The translations under genes were made by a program, and so were the position numbers. The notes under the pieces were generated by a model. It was not told the DNA's origin. It did no database searches and worked only from the letters and a program-made list of their open reading frames with translations. DNA of 57,333 bases, the filler included, from Sphacelaria rigidula (Eukaryota): assembly GCA_964200075.2 (NCBI GenBank). It is 6 parts of 6 records of this genome, joined end to end, with 100 filler letters (N's around TTAATTAATTAA, not from the genome) between each part and the next. Parts side by side here need not be neighbours in the genome. Positions count along the whole stretch, not along the records: positions 47,862 to 57,333 come from CAXNAA020008416.1; 5 more parts are not named here. The stretch is one strand, 5' to 3'. This document shows positions 49,538-57,333 of this stretch, piece after piece (position 1 is the first letter of the stretch; every line of letters starts with the position of its first letter).

Positions 49538-52500
49538 CGCCCCGCCCCCGGCCTCTTCTTTCTTCCCCTTCTTTTTTTTTTTTTTTNNNNNNNNNNAATT
49601 TATATGCTTTTCCCGAAAACCGGCAAACGGGGGCGCCGCGGAAAAAATTTTTCGGCGCCGCCCCCCCCCCCCCCCCCCCCCTCCCGGAGGGCATTTTTTT
49701 CGAAAATTGTCGTGAGTTTTTTGTTCGTTAATTTTCTTGCAAGAAATTGATCAATAAACACTGACAAAACCGCAACGTTTGGTGGGTTTTACGACGGGGT
49801 CTGTATATTTGCTTCTGCTCTTTGCTCGCTCCGTCCCGATTACCTCGTATGCCGGTCACGCTCACACACATGTATGTACACGAGCGCACGGTAGCGACAG
49901 CCTGTTGTAGCTGAAGTACCCACATTATCGCGCCTCGCCAGACTTTCCCGGATTACTGGTGGGTACTCGAGGCAAGCGACAAGGAACATGATCACATAAA
50001 TGTAATCGTGGTGAGTGATGAGCTTGTTGGGGGGGGCGGTGTGTTCGCCATCGCGGCGGTCTCCATGCTAGGGATCACTGTACACGGCAGCTGGCCGCAT
50101 CCGCCAACGCCTCGGCAACAGACTAGGGGCAGCAGGCTGGATATCCCCCCCCCCCTCCTCCCCCTAGACCCCCCCTCCCCTCCCTCAAGAGTCCAATTTT
50201 CGATCTTGGGGCCTACGTGCCCAGATTTGTTTTGCTCAGCCCCCTGCCGGCAATCCGAAAAGCTGAGGCGACACCTCTTTCGTGTATCTGATAATACAGC
50301 AGAGAACCGGATGGAGTGACAACGAATTGACAACCCGGATCAAACTGGATTTATTTGGAGTTACGCCCGAGACAGTAAACATCACTGACGTGAAAATAGA
50401 ATAAACCCAGGACCAGCCCCCCGTCGCTGCTCCCACGTGTGGCCTTGTATTTTACCGAAATTATACTGCTCCGTATATTCTATGGTGCATATGTACAGTT
50501 TTTGCTGTATGTGTTTTCCGTGGCTGAAGATATTGAGGATTTATTTCGAGTACACTGGGCACAGGATATTGGTTGCCGGGGCATGCTACTACACACACCG
50601 CTTCAGGAAATGGAGGAAGCAAAACCGAAACCGCCACTGTCACTGGCTACTACTGCTACTTTTGCACGTTTTCTACCTGTTAATTTGAACTGATTCAGCT
50701 GAGCTACTACAGTACACACTACTACGTTTTCAACACTGTCCCTGTTCATCGAAGAAGTCACCGGGGGGTACAGCTGTGCGGGCACAAATTTATTAACGTT
50801 GATCGTGAAAGTTCCCCTCTGCTCAACCCTTAGACTGCGAGCGTATTCTATTGGTGGAATCGGCATCAATAATTTCACACGAACAATGAGTGCATGATCA
50901 GATAAGCTGCCTACCTTCGTGGTCAATAGATTGAAAACGGATTGCGCCCGGTCCCGGGATTTTCGGCTCAACCTGAGGAAAGGGTGCTTCGCTGTAAGCC
51001 GCCGGTCTTCCGTCTTCACAGCAGCAGTGGTACATGACACTTTCACCTCACTTCACATGGGCAGTGAAGAAGTAAGCAACGGTTTGGTAAAGCTGGGCAG
51101 GTGGTTCCAAAATTGTGGACACGTGTTCATCGTAAATGTCGGCCACAACTGACTGAAACACAGATGGCGCCCCGTCCCGGCTTCTCCTTCAGTAGACAAC
51201 ACTTTGTTGTGCTGGTTTGTGCGTTTCATCGCTTCGGTGCTGTGCTATGACTTCTGTGTTGTACTGCAAGAGAAAGGGTGTTCATGAGTGTGCCCAGGTT
51301 AAAGCCAATCGTACTTGTATAGCTCGTTAGTGGCATCCTTCAGGATTTGGTTCGTGTGTATGTCGACAGGACACAAAGCGCATCTTTCAAGACGGCTGAC
51401 GTTGAACGGTACGGTGAACGATATATGTGTATTTTCAAGGAAGTGACGCGCTACAGAACATGATTTTCGTGGGCTGCGATTTTGGGGGACATAACTTCGC
51501 GTGGTGCTGTCGAGGTGGATGTATAGTTGCGGTACGCAATAATATGTGAATGCATATACGATATACGTCGTATTGTCATCGACATTCAACCGGTGTTATA
51601 ACTGCTAGAAATACGCGGGTAAAAATACAGCGCGGCGAAGTCGTTCGTGCTTCCTGCTTTGGGTAGTCTTGAAATAGGAAGCTGCTGCTCCTGCTCAAAC
51701 TGACCCCCCTCGCAGACAGAGTGCGAAAATTCCAGTGAGATGAAGAGGACAAAACTCGCCAGGGAGAAATCAATGCAAATAATTTCTCTCATCGATGTTG
51801 AATCACGTCAATCTGCAAGAGTAATGCCAAGAAAAAAGTCGAGAACATGAACTATTCTAGAGACAGTACCCGCTCCGACTGGGATATGACAACCAGGAGC
51901 ATTTTCGGCGAGAGGAGAATAGAATATAGTTTCACCCCCCATAGGAGCGCAGCCGCCATGCGGGAGAATAAGACCATATAATTGCTCGCCACGAACAAGA
52001 ATTTGCCGGCACGAAATAGATGAGTAACATATTACACTACATAATTTCGTCAAGTTGGAGCATTCGCTGGACATGAACTTCCGAGCGGAAATTGCAGCGA
52101 GGAGTTCCATGGCGACCGTGAGTTATCACTTCGACAACTAGACCTTCAGATTTGCGATGTACCAACATTCTCGTAACCAGCCCTGATTTCTCGGCATATT
52201 TGTTTCGAAGGGGACGTGAGTCGTGGTGTCTACATTTATGAAATTTGAGCCGGAAAGCGACGGGGAATGCGCACCACACGAACATGCCACATGAGACATC
52301 ACGGACACGGAAGAATTGAGATCGCATCGGGAAGAGAGGTGGTGGAGGAACGCTGGATATGTTAAACTACAATAACAACTGTTCTTTTGACATATCCTTT
52401 GTGGCGAGGAACAATAACACTCGTGCTAACGAAAATAAGTAACCCGCATGGTACGACTAACCAGTAAAAGCATATTAAGTAAAAGCCTAGCAATACTAAC

Positions 52501-53715
52501 TAGTAGTTGGCAACGGCTTTTAATGTGAAGACAACACGTTGGCAGCATAATACTAGTGGTGCGCATCCATGCAGGCCATGTGCTGTATGGCAGGTCATAA
52601 TAATGATGATTTGCTTACCGGTACGTCAAGATTATGACATGTTGACAACAATGGGTACACTACGCCGTTCTTCTGTGAAAACTTCGATTCAGAGAACAAA
52701 CATGAGAGTATCAGCTGCTCCCTATTATTGTCTAGAGCCTTGCAAAACCGCACTTGTTGTCCTCTTCAGGAACGTACAGTCTTCCGAAAAAGGGCAACGG
52801 GAAAACTTGTGATATGATCTGCCGAGTGGAGGTCTACTGAAATTTGCCGACTTCAGCTCCGCCAACGCAAGCTTCGCCTATTATAATGAGACATTCACCC
52901 CCCATTGTTCCAGGTTTCTCGCTGTGCCCTTGATTAACCCTTTGCCCACGGAAATTTAGGTTACTTTTTCAATCAGCATCACGGCTTCTTGGAAAAAAAA
53001 AATCGTGGTCAGATGGCCTATACCCTTGCGGGCACAGGGTTTTGGTTAGGGTTAGGATATTAGGGTTGTCAAGGTTTGACGAGAAGGACAACAAGGTGGT
53101 TTCAGCGACGAAAAAGTTGAATAATGGAAATTATCGACCAACTCGCATGAACATACTTCCCAACCAACACAAATACCCTCTGACAGGCGGGGAAAAAATA
53201 GCAGCAGATATTTGGGTTAAGGTATGTGATCAGGTTCATACTGGCGCAGGCCGCGTGCATGTTCTCGTGTGTGCCCTAACTCCTTAGCCAGCTTGGGGAC
53301 CCCATCACTTCCGTTCAACGAGTGATTGAGGTATCCCAACTCGAGGTTCCCGGTACATTTCACAGTAATTGTTGTAAAATATTCCGCGAACCACATGTTT
53401 GAGGTGCCTTTAAATTCCGAGGGTGCGGTAAGAGAACAATTTCGGGTATTATTGTAGCACATTAATTTGTTCTTCTCTACTTGCGGGATGACAACCATCC
53501 ACCTAGTGAACAAATCAAGCCAGCAAACCCTCACCCGTCCACACCCCACTTCACTCCACTTCACCCCCACCCAAATCTACTGACCAACATCGTGTGCACG
53601 ACACCTATTTTGTTGTTGCTGGCATCTAACTGCCTGCATCGCAATCCACACCAGCTGTAGCGGATTAAGGACTTCTGAGCAGCCGGCCATCTTATCCGAC
53701 GGTCCAAGAGAGAAC

Positions 53716-56700
53716 ATGCCGGCTGCTGTTGGAAATGAGCCTCCTATCTGGCGTGACAACGACGGGAGTAGAACGTGCCGCGGCATGATCAGCAAGCGCC
53801 ACCTGGTCGCACTCGTTGCCTTCTCTGGCGCCGTTGCCCTCATCATCGGGCTGTCTGCGGGACGTTCCGGTGGTGGAGGTGGTCGGAGTTCGCGAGCCGT
53901 GGGCCAGGCCGCTGACCCCGCTTCCCTGGGGTGCTTCAACGATAAACGCAACAAGCGCGTGCTGGGTGATAAATTCGTGGACAAGGCCATGACCCCTCAG
54001 GTGGATCCTGTCGTGATTCCTGTCCTCAGTTTCACGAAGATGACCGATTGCTGTTGACGACATCCGTTGTGTCCGTATGGTGTGTTTCTTGCTGTGTCGG
54101 AATACATGATATTTACTCTTGTGTGTTCCCTGTGGGGAGGAAACCGCTCACGGTAATGTCTGCGACGAGAAAACGGGAGGGTTGTAATTCAAGATGCATG
54201 CAGTTCACGAATTTATTACTGTACCGGAAGAACTAAATGGGTGTGTATCAGTCACCATACACATAACGGCGGATGAACTGTCGCCGGTCTTGATTCCCAC
54301 TCGTACAACTGGCATCGCCACGGGCCCAAGGCGGACCAACTTGGTCGACATTCCGGATGTGTGCCGTCTATTTTCTTTTAGATTACATGTTCACGCTACC
54401 CCCTTACCTCAGCTGAGAGTTGGGTCGAGGGGTTTCCGCGTTTTTGCCCGGATGGTGCATGGAGCCATGACCTGACGATCTGTTGGCAGCACAAACATGC
54501 AATGATGTGCGAATTGTCTCCACTGTATCTCGAAGTATATATCGACACACTGACGCTTGACACATGCGTTTCCTACAGTGGTGACTAAATCGCGACAGTC
54601 CACGGCAGCAGCTGATGTTTCGGGTTAATGGGGAACATGTTCGACCAGAAGCCAGGTTGAGGTGCCGTGCCCCGCAAGGTTTTTTTGCAGCCCAGTCTAC
54701 CGTGCCTCATACTAGCTCTTGTGTTTATTCCCGCTCTGCGCCGCAATCACCCATTTGACAGCTTTGCCAACGCCACTGTTCCAAGCGGGATGCCGGAATC
54801 TACGCGTTGCAGTATGGCACGGAGTGCTGGTGAGCGCCTCCTCACCTCCCAACCTTCCCCAGATGCCTTGATCAGCATTCTGAATTTCAACAATCGGACG
54901 ACATTGCCTTATCTGGTCCATCCCCGTCGTGTGAAACCGAGAGGCGGCTTGCCATATCCCGGCAGCCAAAGTTTTTTTTGTGTAAATCGTCCCAGCATCA
55001 ATGATCGGAAAATAGTGTGCCCACCGCTAAATGTCGGGATGAAATTGAGCGAGTCATTTCGAGGTATCGATCCTGCCCACCTCTCCTGAGCGTTGATCAA
55101 CGTGAAGACCACGTGGACATTATTTTACTGGTAGCGTGAGGAGTATTTATTCACAGTGAAATGTTATGAAAATATATGAATGTCTCGGCTGAGCAATCAA
55201 CATGTAACTCGTGCAGGTGCGGAGGGGCCAAGGTCGAGCTCGACGTTTATGATGACATTCGAGACCCTGTTTGTGACTATCCGTGCCCCGGCGATGAGAC
55301 ATCGATTTGCGGCGGGTACTTGGCGTTCACAGCATACGAGATTGGTGAGACACGTCCTAGCAGTGGGGATTTAGCGAGTGGTCAGCATTACAGCAACATA
55401 TTGTAGCGAGGTGGTTCAATATTCGCGTGAGGAACGTGCACTAGTAATTTGCCCTGCTGGCGTCACAGCCGACAGCCGTCTGAATCTTGATGAAACCATT
55501 ATCTGCCTTCCACTTTTTGCCATCTAACCGCAACGGTTGGTGGTCGAGGCCATTTCTCCAACGAATGAAGTTGGGAAGTCCGGACCCGGCTGTAACCCAT
55601 GAGGGACTCCCGCCAAACGCTCGAGACCGTCTTGACTCAACTCGATATGCCCCGCGAGCGTGCGGGAACTCGAGATGGCCATGACCTCTTCCCATGGAAT
55701 CAAAAATGCCGCGAGCAAAGTGACTTGACCCGACTACTTGTACGTGAATGTTGGGTCTCGTCGCGATGAATGCTTCTTGTGTGTATCAGGGACGGACGCG
55801 ACCGAGCCTGTCACGGAACGAGCGCCGTCCAAGACCGGTTCGTGTAAGGGTGACCCGACGTTCCGCTGGGCGTCCACGTCGAACACCATGTGTGAGTAAC
55901 CCGTCGCGGTCGTGGATCGTGGAGAATCATGACCGTCATGCACGTCCTGGCCTGGAATTCGACAGACTTGCGTAAAGGTATACCAATGTTGGACTGGCGT
56001 ATACAAATCGCCTTGAATATCCACTTCCGCTGTCTTCAACCTCGGAATTTGATCACGCAGATATCGAAAGCGGTGGGTGTGGTACACTGAGCGACATATA
56101 CGCCGCTTTCCCTGATGGGCCGGTGAAAGTTCTTGACGACGACGACAAGGTCGTGGGCGGTAAGCCGACCGGTCGATGGCTGCTGACGAGCTCTCTTTTC
56201 ATCTACGATGGTGCCGTGTTCCAATGCCATGGCGTTTCTGATGGAGGCGACTGTGATGTACTCAGGATCCAATCCGATGGATCCAAATCTTTCCACGAGG
56301 TCAGGGGCCACGGAGGAAGCTTGTCGTTCCTTGGCACCAAGGTGAGAGCATCTAAGTACACGGTAAGTGTAAGGTGCAAGTCTGATCGAAACAACTCCTC
56401 AGGTAATTTGGGTTGCTTGCAGTGTCCGATTCTTCGCTTCTACAGTACAGTGGCCATGAATATTTCCGCCATGACTGTCATTTTTACATGTGCCGTTTGT
56501 TTGCGCCCCGCCCAGGTCACTTCGTGGGATACGAAGAGCGGAAAGCAGCAAAAGTCGTACAAGGGTGGGCGTTCGTTCATCAACTGCGTTTCTGAGGTTC
56601 AGACGAAGAACGCTAAATGCGCCAAAAACGACCTGGGCGAGTGCCGCATGGTGAGCGAGGAGGCACTACAGCAGATTCGGTAGACTTGACCAATCTCCGA

Positions 56701-57333
56701 ATGGTGCAATGACCATGGAGTCCTTTTTTTCGGGTAATCGAGGTGTCAACGACGAGCCTGTCGTATTGGATTAAATGACTTTCTACTCTGTTTTCCACTC
56801 TTCTGGGCAGGACATAATCAACTCGGAGATGGGGGACCTTGGATGGTTCGACAGCGAATCGTATGGGCTAACGTGGAAGGTCCGCGGGTTCTGCGCAGAC
56901 AAGTCCAACCCCGAGGTGTTCGACGAGGTGGACGTGTACGGTGATATCCAGGGATCCGACATTTACGGTATGTACTACGGAATGTACTCATACGGCCACG
57001 ATGGAGGCGTGTGGACCAACAACAAGATGCACGACAACATTCTCTACGGTTTCGACCCCCACGATGACTCCGACAACCTCGAGATCGCCGACAACGAGGT
57101 CTACGGCAACGGCAACCACGGTGAGTGGGTCAGCGAGGGTTCTCGCGCGTTCAAGGCCTCACACAGGATGGAAACCATCATAAGTCGCGCACCATAGCAT
57201 CCCAAGATGAAATTATGTTATTTATACCCGTCTAAACCATATTCCTCCAGGTATCATCGCCTCCAAGCGCTGCAACAACGTCGTGATCCACGACAACGAG
57301 GTGTACGATGGAGGAAAAGAAGCCGCCGGTATC
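53716..57333 (+). CDS. Mannuronan C5-epimerase with N-terminal WSC domain (alginate modification), 3'-partial
   Basis: Phase-consistent exons 53716-54000, 54762-54829, 55217-55344, 55790-55891, 56061-56341, 56516-56650, 56811-57120, 57251-end. WSC: LGCFND..MTPQLCQRHC..ALQYGTECWCG..CDYPCPGDETSICGG. Epimerase: EVRGHGGSL, GGRSFINCVSE, SESYGLTWKVRGFC, catalytic YGFDPHDDSD, GNHGIIASKRCN. Confidence 0.95.

Noticed and set aside
49480..49700. G/C-rich ORFs or G-quadruplex locus
   Set aside because: Homopolymer-rich sequence around a 10-N scaffold gap (49587-49596), typical of low-quality read ends; the same applies to 38115-38189

Overview
This is eukaryotic nuclear DNA, almost certainly from a brown alga (Phaeophyceae): it carries a WSC-domain mannuronan C5-epimerase, EsV-1-7 repeats and many GT-AG introns. 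The window is not contiguous. It is six unrelated contigs (1-9473, 9574-19045, 19146-28617, 28718-38189, 38290-47761, 47862-57333; 9473 or 9472 bp each) joined by artificial 100-nt N44-TTAATTAATTAA-N44 linkers. Host genes, all partial and spliced: Mg-chelatase subunit D (chlD, 6 exons seen), a WSC + mannuronan C5-epimerase (8 exons seen), an EH-domain exon, and two isolated exons (one an EF-hand half). The rest is mostly transposon-derived: a near full-length decayed Helitron with an intron-containing RepHel, many 3' fragments of one LINE, a tRNA-derived SINE, several MITE/TIR families, piggyBac/Copia/RTE relics, an EsV-1-7 pseudogene, a 231-bp satellite and a small organellar LSU rRNA insert. 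The most interesting signals are (i) a LINE that ends in and inserts at oligo-C/G tracts with target duplications of ~17 to ~105 bp, and (ii) the Helitron's unrecognised C-terminal domain, its ~485-bp upstream hairpin and a possible head-to-tail junction. All calls were made by eye and motif recognition; no database searches were run.
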